64,000 nucleotides of DNA from Geosiphon pyriformis uo1 (GCA_016748015.1 JAAOMT010000302.1:484459-548458), one strand, 5' to 3'; positions 36,575-48,253 are shown, counted from the first letter of the stretch. Program-made: numbers and translations. The notes: generated from the sequence alone by a model not told the origin.

Positions 36575-39500
36575 TGACCAGTCTAGTTTGGAAGATTGCC
36601 ACTTGCAATGTTAGAGGGATAAACAATCCTGCCAAGCAGGATAATATTATTCATTGGCACAAAAATATGAACAATTTGATTTCAATTTTTACTGAGACAA
36701 AGTTAAAAGGCAGAGTTCATTCTTGGATCACTAATAAATTTGATGGTGTTTGTGTTTTTATTTCTGGTCTGGATTCTGGTCACTTGGATTCTGGTGTGGC
36801 AATTGTCATGAACAACTCTCTGGCAAGGCATGTTTGTAAGGTTTCTAAGATGCCTAGACAGCTCCTCTCTATTAGATTACTTTTTAATAACAAACTTTTT
36901 ATTATGATTTTGGGACTGTATGCTGGTGCTTTTTTGGATGTTTGGTTTTCTCAGGCTGGCAACATCAATTTGCTAATTGTCAGGACTGTAAACAAATCTT
37001 TTTTTGTTGTGCTGAGTGGTGATTTTAATAAGAATAGTTCACATAAGAGTGCCAGTTTTAAGAAATACTCAGACCTCAGCTTGGTTAATTCTTTGGGTGG
37101 GAATTTGTTTGCCAAAATGCCAATGTGGGCTAACTTCCAAGGTGTTTTTAAGACTATTGATTACATATTTGTTTCTTACAACTTGGTTAGTGTGGTAATT
37201 AATCATGGTGTAGTCGATGTTGGTGACCATTTTAACTCTGATCATAGAGCAGTTTCTGTGTGTATAGACTTGGGTGGACTATTAGATATGCATCTGAATT
37301 TCATTTGCAGACAAGCAAATAAGGATTATTGGAAGTATGATATCAAAAGTGCTGACAATGTTAAGTGGTGTAGGTTTAAAGTGTCAATGGCAGCAAATGC
37401 TATTATGTTTTCTGAGGAGTTTGCTTCCTCTGTGGTTTCCTCTGATCTGAATTCTATGTGGGATATTGTTCGTAAAGTGATGGTTTTTTCGGCTAATGAT
37501 TTATTTAAGAAAAAATGATTCAAAGACTTTGATAACATTTTTATCAAGGGCTCTTCTAGGTTTCACAGATTGGAAATTTTGGTTTTGAGAATAGTCAAAG
37601 TGTTTCGTGGCCAGAACTTTGTAAGGTTTATATCTTTGATAAGTCATTGGGATTTCTTGGACTCTGACAAAGCCTTGGCAGTACAGATTCTTTTGGACTC
37701 TGGTGCAAATTTTAATTGTGTTAGAACTGCTCTTTTTGGTGTGTGAAAATTTTATCATGCCTCCAAACTCGCCAAATCTTTAAGGACTTGGGAGTTAAGT
37801 ATTAAGTCTACTATTGATAGGCATATAGAGAGCTTTGCTTCTAATAAAGATTACACTATTAAGAGTGTTTTAGAATATCTATTCTATAAGATGGAATTAA
37901 ACCATCTAGTTGTTGGTGACAAATTGATTTTAGAGCCTGAATTGGTCAAAGCTAAGGTGGATGTGATTATGGAAGGGTAGACTAGGAGATACAAGATGGT
38001 TTCTAATATCTCTAGTAAATGATCTTGTTAATACCAGTCTCTGGAGTATGTTTTTGATGGTGCTTTTTTAGGTGTGATGCAGCCGATTGTTTTTGATGAA
38101 TTGTTTGGTGTGATTTCTGATCTGCTTGATAGCAAAGCTGCTGGTCTTTTTGGCATCTCCAACAAATTTTGGAAGCACTGTAACAACTCTGTCATATGTA
38201 TGCTTTTAGAGCTTTTGAACACTTGTTTAATTATTGAATCTGTGCCTAGTTTTTGGAAGGAGGCTTGGATCTTGATGATTCCTAAACCATACAAATGAGA
38301 GAGAGTTCTCATGAACACCCATCTTATTGCCCTAATTAAAATGGCCCATAAGATTCTCTTCAAGATCCTGTCTGATAGGATTTTTCTGGCATGTAGCAGA
38401 TTCAATGTTCTTTATGGTGACAACTTTTCTGTTTTAAAGAGTATTTCTACACAATTACCCATTTTCACAGTTGGCTCAGTAATAGAGGATGTTCTGGAGA
38501 AGAACTGCGAACTCTGGCTAGTTTTACAGAACATGCATAAGGCATATGATTCTGTTGGTTGGAAGCATCTTAGGAGGAGTTTGATTAAGATTAAAATATG
38601 TAGCAAGTTCATATATTTTTTTGGTAGTATTCATTGCAATCACATCAACAAGATTATAATTGACTTTAGCTTAACTGATAGATATCATGTTCATGATGGC
38701 TTGGATCAGAGGGAGGTTTTCTTGCCACTTCTCTAGCACATATTCTATGATCCTCTTTTTTGTAAGGTTAAGAGACAGGAAAGTGTGTGTGAGTACAGAT
38801 TAAATTCTTATTTTATCTCAAAAAATGGTCGTCCAAAACCAATTACTGGGTTGTCTTTCTTTTTTGCTGCTAGAGCTTTCGTCAATGATACAATTTGGGT
38901 TGGTAGCAGTCAGAGTGCTATTCAGCATATTCTCAATGTTGCCAGTAAATTTTTTCAGGTCAATGACATTTTTATTAATACAGACAAGACTGTTGCCATC
39001 TCTATTAATTACAAAGTTGGTAGTCTTTTTTTGGTTATCAGTGGTTCACCTATTGCTATTGCAAAAAGAGGGGAATCTCATCGATATCTGAACATCTATC
39101 TTTTAACTGAGGGTCTTTCAAAGTCTAGCTTGGCCAAAGCACAGTCAGATGTTTAGTTTTTCTCTAACCTTGTGCTAAGAAAAGCCATTTCAGATAAACA
39201 ATTTTTGTACTTAGTTTTGGCTGTTCTTTATCCTATTGTGAGCTATAGAACTCAATTCAGCTTTGTACCTTTTGATGTGTGCAACAAATGAGATACTTTG
39301 GTTCAAAAAGGCTTTAAATTGAAATCCAGTCTTTCTTTTGACTTCCCAAATGATTCGATCCACCACTCTTCTCTTTATGGTTTGAAGTCCTTTGAGCAGG
39401 TGCAATCTGAAGACAAAATAGCCTCACTTGTGAGTTTCGCGAACTCTGGTGGGACTTTGGGTTGTATGTTCTCTCATAGGTCTCATGACTTGCAAGTTTT

Positions 39501-41254
39501 GTGTTGGCATCCCATTCACTCCCTGAGTTCCCCAGTGCATGTTTGCATTAGTTCTTTAAATAATTTTTTAGCTGGTGTAGTCTGTATTTTGGCAAAAAAT
39601 AATCTTTTTCTGAGTGGATCTTTGGACAATCCATTTTGTTATTGTGATAGAGTTTTTATGTCAGTGGTTTTTGGGAAAGTTAAGTTCTGTGCATGTCTCT
39701 CCTCTTTACATCAGTATAATGTTGTCTTTGTAGATCAGCTTTGTGATCATCATGGTGCCGTTTTTAATTGGAAAATTTTTAAGTGCTGGAAGAGGTTGGA
39801 TCCTTGTGGTCCAATTCCTGAGTGGTTTGGTTTTTCTGTTACCTTTCTTAGTAATGTGGCTTCTTTTTCTCCTGGTTCATCTCTCCTTGAGGATGTTGGT
39901 AAGCTTTTGAATATTCTGAAGTCTCAAGAATTTAAGTTGGTATGTGATCAGTTGTCTTATATTAGTACTGATAATCTGTTTGTCTATATGGATGGCTCTT
40001 TAAGAGATTTGGGCACCATATGGAGGAAGGCTGGGGCTGTTGTCTTTTTTAACAACATTGGTTTGGGTTTGGGCATAAGAGTCACTGGCTTGTTGTCTTC
40101 CACTTTGGTGGAGCTACAGGCCATAGCTCTGATATTGGAATGTGTTCCTTCTCTTAGCTCAGTCTGCTTATATTCTGATAGTTAGGCTGCTTTGGATGCA
40201 TGCAAATTGGAGCTATGTCTTATTTGTCTGGATTTTTGTATTTAAGTGTCAGCATATTGTGAACATTATTCATTGCAAAAATTTAAGGGTGAATTGGATT
40301 AAAGTGAAAGATCACTTAGGTATTATAGGGAATGATTATGCAAACACCCTTGTTGTTGTTGTCTCTAATTCTAATTGGCACTTTTCCCTCCGTTTGAAAG
40401 ACCATTGTCTTTTAGCCAGTAATGAGCTTGTTTTTGATAATTCTAGGCATTTTGTTTAGGATGTTTTTAGATCAGTTTATCATGTGCATTAAGAAGTTGG
40501 TTCTGGCTCAAAATTTCTGGTGAGTGATTTGGTATCGGACGTTGATTGGTTGAGATCCTTCTTGGTATGGCATTCTGATTTGCATATGGCTATAGGCTTC
40601 ATAAGCAAATCATCTGCTGGCTTGCGTACATATTTTATGAAGGTCTTACATCATTGACTGCCTGTTGCTGTGCAGAAGCAACTATACTCCAGACATTACC
40701 CTAGTGTATTATGTTTGTTCTATGGTGAAGTTGAATTTTCTGATCATGTTTTCTCTTGTGTAATTGACCTCTCTACTTACTGTTAGTTGTTAGAAACTTA
40801 TGCAGCTTTCTAAGAGCTGATTTCTGGTCTTTTTCATTCCTCTTTTTGTGTGTTTCAGCTTCTGTTGTTTTGTGCTTTTGATGTCTCTGTGTTCACAGTC
40901 CTTTTTAAAAATTTTGTTTTTGATGATTGGTTTCAGGAAGCTGTGTCTGCCTTTCATGATCCCAAACTCGTGGGTCAAAAAATTGTGGAATTCATGTGCA
41001 CTTTCAGTCTTAGCTTCAAGGATAGCATATGGTCAGTTCGTGCTAGACACTGAGCCCTTATGGAAAAAAATGAATTGATTTTACCTGATGGTTTAATACC
41101 TGCTTCGATTTTTGGTCTGTCATTAGGGCTGTCTGCTGGTATTGTTAGGTTGCTTGAAATTGCTGATGCTTTTGGTGTTTGTTTTGGTTTCTGTAGGTCA
41201 TGTTCATTCTTTTCTGGTATTGGCAATAATGTTTCAGTTCATATAGCTGTGTAG
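36574..41254 (+). pseudogene. LINE3 ORF2 (APE, RT, RNase H)
   Basis: KIATCNVRG, TETKL, GDFN, IDYIF, SDHRAV, AFVNDT, VYMDGSL, ELQAI. Confidence 0.92.
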
Positions 41255-41263
41255 TGGTGTCTT

Positions 41264-41366
41264 AATTAGTCTGAGTGGCTGGTCACATGTAGAAAAAGCA
41301 TGATTCATACCTAGTTTAAGTTATTTGTATAATGTATTATATTAGGTGGTGTTTGGACTTTACTCA
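41264..41366 (+). ncRNA. Predicted structured 3' UTR (LINE3 copy)
   Basis: AATTAGTC-TGAGT-GGCTGGTC; CATGT-AGAAAAA-GCATG; TACCTAGT/ATTAGGTG; terminal ACTCA. Confidence 0.6.
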
Positions 41367-42019
41367 TAAAAAAAAAAAAAAAACTTTTTAAATAATAATA
41401 ATATCATTAATTGCAAAAAATAGTAATTGTTTTTTTACTTTTTGTTTTAATTATATTCATAAAAAATAAAAAAACGTGATTTTCTATATTATGTTTAAAT
41501 ATAATTGATATTTTTATTTTACTTTAATTAATTTGTTTTTTAAATATACTTTATAAAATTAATAATATGATATACCAATTTAATAAAAAACATATTAGTT
41601 TTCAAATATTTATAAATGTTATTATAAAAACTTTCAAACAACAAAAGTTTTAAATAATTAAAACAGCTATAACAACAGTAATAATCATTATTATTTTGAG
41701 AAAACTAATCAAGGTTTGATTATGTTAACTATAATAACCATAATAATCATAAATATTTTGTTTATATATTTTCTTTTAAATTACTGTGATTCGAAAATAA
41801 TTTTGCTTTTTATTCTCATTTAGTTTAAAAGTCAACTTTTTCACATGATTTTCTATTGAATTATTCGCTTTGAAGCCGGCTTAAAATAATGAGCCGATCA
41901 TCGGTTCATAACCAACAATTGTTTTTCGTCCAAGACTCCGACTAGATTTTACCTTTCACGCGGATCACGTTGCTATACAAGTTGTGACAATATAAGTTTA
42001 CAAGATAGAGTAACATAAC

Positions 42020-43253
42020 ATGGCTTCAGCGGGTGGTTTATCAAGACGGCGCAATGCGGGAGCACTTGCTACTTCTGGTTCATCATCAAACGAAACCTCC
42101 TTTCCCCTCAGCTTAGATCGTAACCTAATTTCTGACAGTGGTGTAAAGATCGCCATTGATCCAAAGGACTTGATTGATGATGAAGATAGGCGCCAGCCAA
42201 AACTTACACTGATGGAGGAAGTCTTATTACTTGGACTGAAGGATAAACAAGTATGGCCTATATTATCACTTACCTATATGCATACTTTGTCAGACTCAAG
42301 GAAAATCCCTGTTTATTCATTTCATTTTCCACTGCAATTTATCTCACAAGGGCTATCTCTCTTTCTGGAATGATAATATCTCCTACACGCTTAGGGGTTG
42401 TATTCTTATTGAGCTTGCACTTCGTGGGCGGATAGCGATGAATAAAGATCCCAATCGTCGTAAATTCCCTCTATCTGATAGATATATTGAGGTTCTAGAT
42501 GATAAGTTGACCGGCGAAGTTCTGCTAGATGAGGCATTAAAAATGATGAAGGCCAGTGAAAAAATGAGCGTTGGCAGTTGGATCGATCTCATGAGTGGTG
42601 AGTTTGATGCCCAAAAGGCAAGCGTCAAATATCAATTTGAGTTGAACAAAACCAAATAATATCTGAGGGATATAAATAGTCTTTTAACTTTGAAATTAAC
42701 TACTATTCTCATTTATAAACATTCTCTATTCAATGGTGTAATTGATTCTTTGATCTCGCCAGGGGAAACATGGAATGTTATGAAGATTGGGTATCAACTA
42801 AAGCAAGTTCGGGAACGTTTGGCTAAAGGATTGGTAGATAAAGGCATTTTACGAACGGAAAAACGGAATTTCCTTCTATTCGATATGGCCACGCATCCTG
42901 TCAGTGACTCATCTGCTAAAGAAGAAATTGTGAAACGGGTTATTACCACGCTCATTACTCATTCTTCTGCCACTGCTTCGTCAGATCCTGATATACCTTT
43001 TAGTTCATTGCGCACAATTTCAATGGTCTGTGCAGCATATGCAGCCAATGTGCTGGAAAATGCTATAGCACAACTTAATCATGAAAGTCGTGAACGGGCC
43101 TACGCAAAAGTTGATGAATTATTAAGCGAGTATTCCACTTTTCCGTTTACCTCCACAGTTTCTCGAATCGATATTCCTGAAGGAAAAGACTTGCAGGTTG
43201 AGGTCGTGGCCGCTGTGTTAAATGTATTTACAAAGATGGACAGCATTTTGTAA
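42020..43253 (+). CDS. VPS74: Vps74/GOLPH3 Golgi PI4P effector; exons 42020-42250, 42351-42597, 42763-43253
   Basis: [16 protein letters not shown]|[28 protein letters not shown]...WIDLMSG|[41 protein letters not shown]; GT-AG introns keep the frame. Confidence 0.97.
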
Positions 43254-44141
43254 CATCGTATCACATAGCGTCACAGATTACAATAAGGAGATGAATAGCA
43301 ACCCGAAAGGATGCTCATAGGAACCCGGATGAGAGGAAGCCTTGAAATCCCCACGATTTGTGTGCAAATATTGGACTGGGTGGTGATGGGTAGGCAGGAC
43401 GATGATTTGGTTTGTATGTTAGATCTTTTGGTGATCGATTATTTTAGTTTTATTTAATAAGCATTGCAAAGACATGCATTCGATTTAATGTTAGACAGGT
43501 TCTATCATATTTTTGGATTTATTATTTTAGAGACACTTTAATTATCAAGAGAAACATTCGTTTTTTCTATGCTCTTACGGATTATACACTACACTAAACT
43601 TCCTACACTATAGCGGAAAATTAGTATTTATTTTAGCCTGATCGAAATTCTGTTCTCACTAATACTACATTCTCATCTTCAAAAGTCAGGTTGACAAATT
43701 ATATATATTGATTTGAGTCAACAAGTAGCCCCCCTTCGCGTCCTTTGTGCTAAAAATCTCCAATTTCATCTCCATCGAGTTCTTAGGAGTATTTGGATTC
43801 CATTACAAGTAAATCGTTGGATTTTTTTGCAGAAGTTTCTGTTTAGATTACCAAAAACATGCAACTTTTGTATGCTAGCCTTTTAAGGCTCGCTATTGGA
43901 CTACGCGACTTCTATATTTCTTCCGAATATTCTTGAGTAGACCGATTTTTCGGTTTATGCGTATTACCGTACATCATGCTACACCTTAACGAGATAAAAA
44001 AAACAGAAATATATATTTATAGAAACTATTTTTGATTTTCTCGTTTGTTCATTTATCAGGTTCAAAAATAGCGAGAATAAATACCCCTCTTTTCCGAGCT
44101 AATTTCTCAAAATGTTGATACCCACCACAACCTCTGCTACC

Positions 44142-44560
44142 AAGAAAGGTTACTTCTCGTCCATGTCTAGTGCAAAGCAAAAAGAGGATCTTGAGTGACA
44201 AAAACAACTTCGCCCCGAGTCTCGACATATGATTTCGCCCGCAATATCGGCTCTGGCGTCGACTTTAAGCTAAGGCTAAAGACCCTACTAGAACGAATAA
44301 GCCATGGTGCTGTCTCGGAGGTTGCCATTACCCATTGTGATTGACTGCCTGTTTGCCATTGACCTCTTCCTCTAATATATCTTTTCCCTCTATTCTGCAA
44401 AACTCGTGGTTTTCTTCGACGATGCGATATCTAACGGGCACAAACTCTTCGAACATATTCTTGCCGTCAACACAGTCTTCATCTGCAGCATGCAGGGAAG
44501 GAGAGCTGTTTGCTACTGAAGAGAACACTGGGACAAAAAGCGCGACAGGAACCCGTGGCA
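44142..44560 (+). pseudogene. IS607-family serine recombinase TnpA remnant
   Basis: SSAKQKEDLE*Q; NIGSGVDFK..LKTLLERISHGAVSEVAITHCD*L; IFSLYSAKLVV...EHILAVNTVFICSMQGRR. Matches the IS607 consensus RVSS.KQ..DL.RQ / DIGSG.NF.R.GL / V..RDRL / EDIL.I..VF..R..G.R. Confidence 0.85.
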
Positions 44561-45790
44561 AACGCCAGAAGACGATGGTATCTCCAACCACAGGTTACTA
44601 GTCAAGGTGTATCTCAACCACTCTCAGAAGCAGCTATTGAAGCGGTGGATGACTTTTCTTTAATATTGTGGTAGGATGGAGCAAAAGGCGTCACAAAATT
44701 ATGAAACAAGATGGTATCAGAGAAGAAGGATGGTTAAAACCTATGACGGTTCAATAAAAATGTCTTCTTTTTGATGATGTTTCGACTATCTGGGGAAAGA
44801 AAATTTTGCAGAGCCATTGTCCGTCTTGGGATGTTTTCAAGAGGTTGCTTAGGCTCAGTTCCTGCCAATATTACAGACGAAGCGATTGGTCAAGCTTTGG
44901 TTGGGCGAAAGGAAGTTATTAAACGTATATCATCTTTCTTTTCAATCTCATAAAGCCATCACATAAAAATTCATGCTCAGGATTTTGCTGAGTTGCCTTG
45001 GAATCCCTTCTATGTATCTTACCTTCACACTCCAGCGATATTTCATTTGCACATCGACACAAGACAAAGGTAATAAATTTTTACGTTTTTGTTTTTTAAA
45101 ATTGGTTTATGCTATTTTTTACTCTTTATTTTTAAGGATAAATATGTACTATGGGCTCTCCACTTCGAAGATCATATGTGATGGCAAGCTCATTTACTAT
45201 GGTAAAACTAATGATTGGAAGTTTGCCTGGGTATAAGATACGCAAAAGCAGCTCTGCGAAGCCTAAGGTGATGGCTCTGTTCATGCAGTTTCCATAGATC
45301 CTGGCATTCGCACTCCATTTATATGGTATTACCCGACAAAAGGTGTAGGCAAAATAGGCTCTTGTGCCACCAGTTGTATTTTTCGCCTCTGCAAATTTAT
45401 GGATGACCTTTGTTCAAAGAACGATAAATTAAATACCTCTTCAAAACATAAGAAAGCTAAAACCAGAAGATTAGAAAAGGCGATTGGGTGGATGCATCAA
45501 AAGATCTTACACTTACAGACAGAAATACACAGAAAGGCTGTCACATTTTTTACTCACGAATTTGATTTCTCCCTTCGAGATTTCGGATATGGTGAATCGA
45601 AAACGAGAAAATCACACGAAAAACAGTTAGAAAGATGCTACGCTCGCACTATCGATTTCGTCAACGCCTGATCACAAAGGCCGAGGAATTAGAGGTCCAA
45701 GACTAGTCAGTGTGGCAACATCCAAAAATGTACAACTGCCGGAATTGTGGGATTGTGATGGAGATCTTCCTTTGGTCCTACAGTGACCAT
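44341..45790 (+). pseudogene. Fanzor2/IS607-type TnpB RNA-guided nuclease pseudogene, probable intron 45070-45136
   Basis: VKVYLNHSQKQLLKRWM (OrfB HTH), VPANITDEAI, VSIDPGIRT (RuvC-I, D at 45297), EIHRKAVTFF, PFEISDMV (RuvC-II), SHYRFRQRL..KA, KTSQCGNI..YNCRNCG (Zn finger). The RuvC-III DRD segment appears deleted. Confidence 0.88.
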
Positions 45791-46367
45791 GCAGGAAATA
45801 ATAGAAATGTTTAGTTACAATCCATCCGAATACACTATGTACTAATTGAGCTAGAACACCAGGTAAAAGGATTTAGAGCGAACGATGTTATTTGAGTTTA
45901 ATATTATTGATTAAAAGTAGGCTACGTACCTAGTGGCCGAAAAAATAACTTTCAAGGTATTCCTGTGTGATAGGGCAAAATTGATTCGATGATCAATGAT
46001 TGTATGCATTCTAGCCGGTTTCATCGTCTATCAGAGTTTTTTTAAAAAAAATACACAATGATAATGAGACATAAAAAATATTTTTATATTTATAAAGGGT
46101 TGAAAAAAATAATTAAAGTTTCTATTTAATATAAAAACATAGCACCAAGTCTTAAACTAGATAATATTACCAAGTTTTCTGTATCAATTATTTATTATAA
46201 TATTCAATTGAAGATAAAATGCAATGTAAAATAAAGAAAATGATCAAACAATACATTTACTGAAAACTAACCATTTTACTTATTAAAAAAAGTGTATGCC
46301 ATTTTTTAACTATTTTTATCATTAATTATGTCAATGCTTAGAAAAATATGTGCAAAAACATGATTAA

Positions 46368-48253
46368 TTTACGAGTACAGCCATTACAATACAATCATAT
46401 AAGATTCTAAAAATAAGTGTGGCTCATGCCTTTTCTACACGTGACCAGCTACTCGAGCCAGTCAAGACGAAACTACAGAAGTAAACTTGTCCAAAAAAGC
46501 CATCTTTTGAACTATTTCAATCATTTTATGACTATCCGTAATCAAACTGGCCCTTAAAATATCATTAAATTATTAAATATGTTTTTATATTCAAAATTAT
46601 CTAAGTCTTTATCTATATTAGCATTAATGACAAAATCAATCATATTAAGTTTATCTTTTACACTATATTCTATCTTTAATGTTACTATATTTCTGCTTAC
46701 TTTATCAACAACTTTGTTAAAAACTTTTATATGTTCTATAATTACATTATTCTTATTTATAAACAAATTGTTAATACTATAATTATTCTTAAAAAATTGT
46801 TTAAATATAACAACCAAAGTATTAACAAGATCAACAATAAATTTGACTAGTATTTTCAATTTATTCAACTCAAATTCCAAAAAAACCAATTAAAAAAAGA
46901 CCAAAGAATCAACAATAACAGTAATTAATACAATTAAAGATTTAATATTAAAAAAAACCAAAAAACAATAGTTTTACATAGAATTTTGTATTGACAAAAA
47001 ATAAAATAAAAAATTTAAAGCTATTAACAGACTTAACAATATCTTATAATTTAAAAATATATAATTCATATTTTGATATTTATAATAATAATAATATTCA
47101 AAATTTTTTTATCAAATATAATATTTATATAAAATATTAGATTTCAAAACAATAAAGCTAAAAAAAAATTGGCTAATTTAATCTTAAAAGTATTTTTTAA
47201 GTTAATAATTTTTTTTAATTAAACAAAAAAAATATTTTAATATTGTTTTTTTAATTAATACAGATTAATAAGTAAAAATAACAACAACAAAAAAAACTTT
47301 TTAAAGTAAATAATAACATATTATTACAAATTAACAGACTTTAATTTAATTAAAGTAATAATATCAAAAACACCAAAAACATTTTTAATATTATTACAAA
47401 ACATATTAAAAAAAATATTATGAAATATAACAAAAATAAAAAAAAACAGAAACTAACAAAAAATTTTGCAATTTTAAGTAAGTTTAAAAAAAAATTAAAT
47501 TTTAGTAATAATAATCAAAAAGACATTAAAAACAAAATTTACACAAAACAACTTTATATTGTTTTTTGAAACTAACTTAAACCCAATAATGCCAAACAAT
47601 AAATAAAACAAAAAATTAATTAAGACTAATTTGATCTTAAAAATAGCATTAAATACTAGAATAAAAACTATTTATTTAAAGAATTTTTAATTGATTTTCA
47701 GATATTATTAAAGACAACATTAGAAAACAAAGAAGAAAAAAATAATTGGTTTCTATTTGGTTAGTTCAATCTTTAAAATATTATTTAAGATTTTATTTAA
47801 AACCACAAAAAAATTTGGTATAACAATAGCAAATACAAACAACTGTTTTGAAGTTTCTGGTCTTTTTAGTTATTTGCAAAATAGTAATAATAATAGTAAT
47901 AATAAATACAAAAAAAACCAGCTTGTTAATCAGCCTATTATTAAAAACTTTGAATCTTTTAGAGAAGATAAAAACAATATTGGAACTAATTTTAATGTGT
48001 TATTTAAAAAAAACCTTAATTGGAAAAAAATTACTAGCCAAAGATAAAAAAATACTTTACAAGTCATCAAAAACAGCTTTTTACTATTAATATTTATGAA
48101 AAATGTTGTCAAAATGTTTTTTTAGCTGTTTCTATAATGAAGAGACTCTCTTTTATTAAAATTTTATTAGCTACTAATAAGAAAAGTAATATTTACAACT
48201 TTTTACTCTTTGCTTTAGTCATGGTCATAAAATTAGAAAAGAGAAAAAGTTTT
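46368..48253 (-). mobile_element. ORF1-only non-autonomous LINE partner (~1.9 kb), both ends present
   Basis: 5' AAAACTTTTTCTC, ATG at 48228 (MTMTKAKSKK), body homologous to 1-1107, end QKMAFLDKFTSVVSS* (46462), then LINE-type 3' UTR ending ACTCGTAAA. Confidence 0.78.
46372..46463 (-). ncRNA. Predicted structured 3' UTR, best preserved copy
   Basis: GACTGGCT-CGAGT-AGCTGGTC; CGTGT-AGAAAAG-GCATG; AGCCA/TGGCT; terminal TACTCG complementary to CGAGTA. Confidence 0.65.

Larger units (their letters stand above)
34566..41383 (+). mobile_element. LINE copy 3, full length, hypermutated
   Basis: 5' AAAACTTCTTTTTC, ORF1 34682-36574, ORF2 36574-41254, 3' UTR, poly(A) to 41383. Confidence 0.95.
43930..45890 (+). 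mobile_element. Decayed eukaryotic IS607-like element (TnpA serine recombinase + Fanzor2/TnpB); ends not defined
   Basis: Adjacent, overlapping TnpA and TnpB remnants. Confidence 0.8.

Noticed and set aside
14060-41254. Stop-codon reassignment (TGA/TAG read as Trp)
   Set aside because: All three stops replace Trp, Gln or Arg at different sites in different copies, and host genes use the standard code; mutation explains it.
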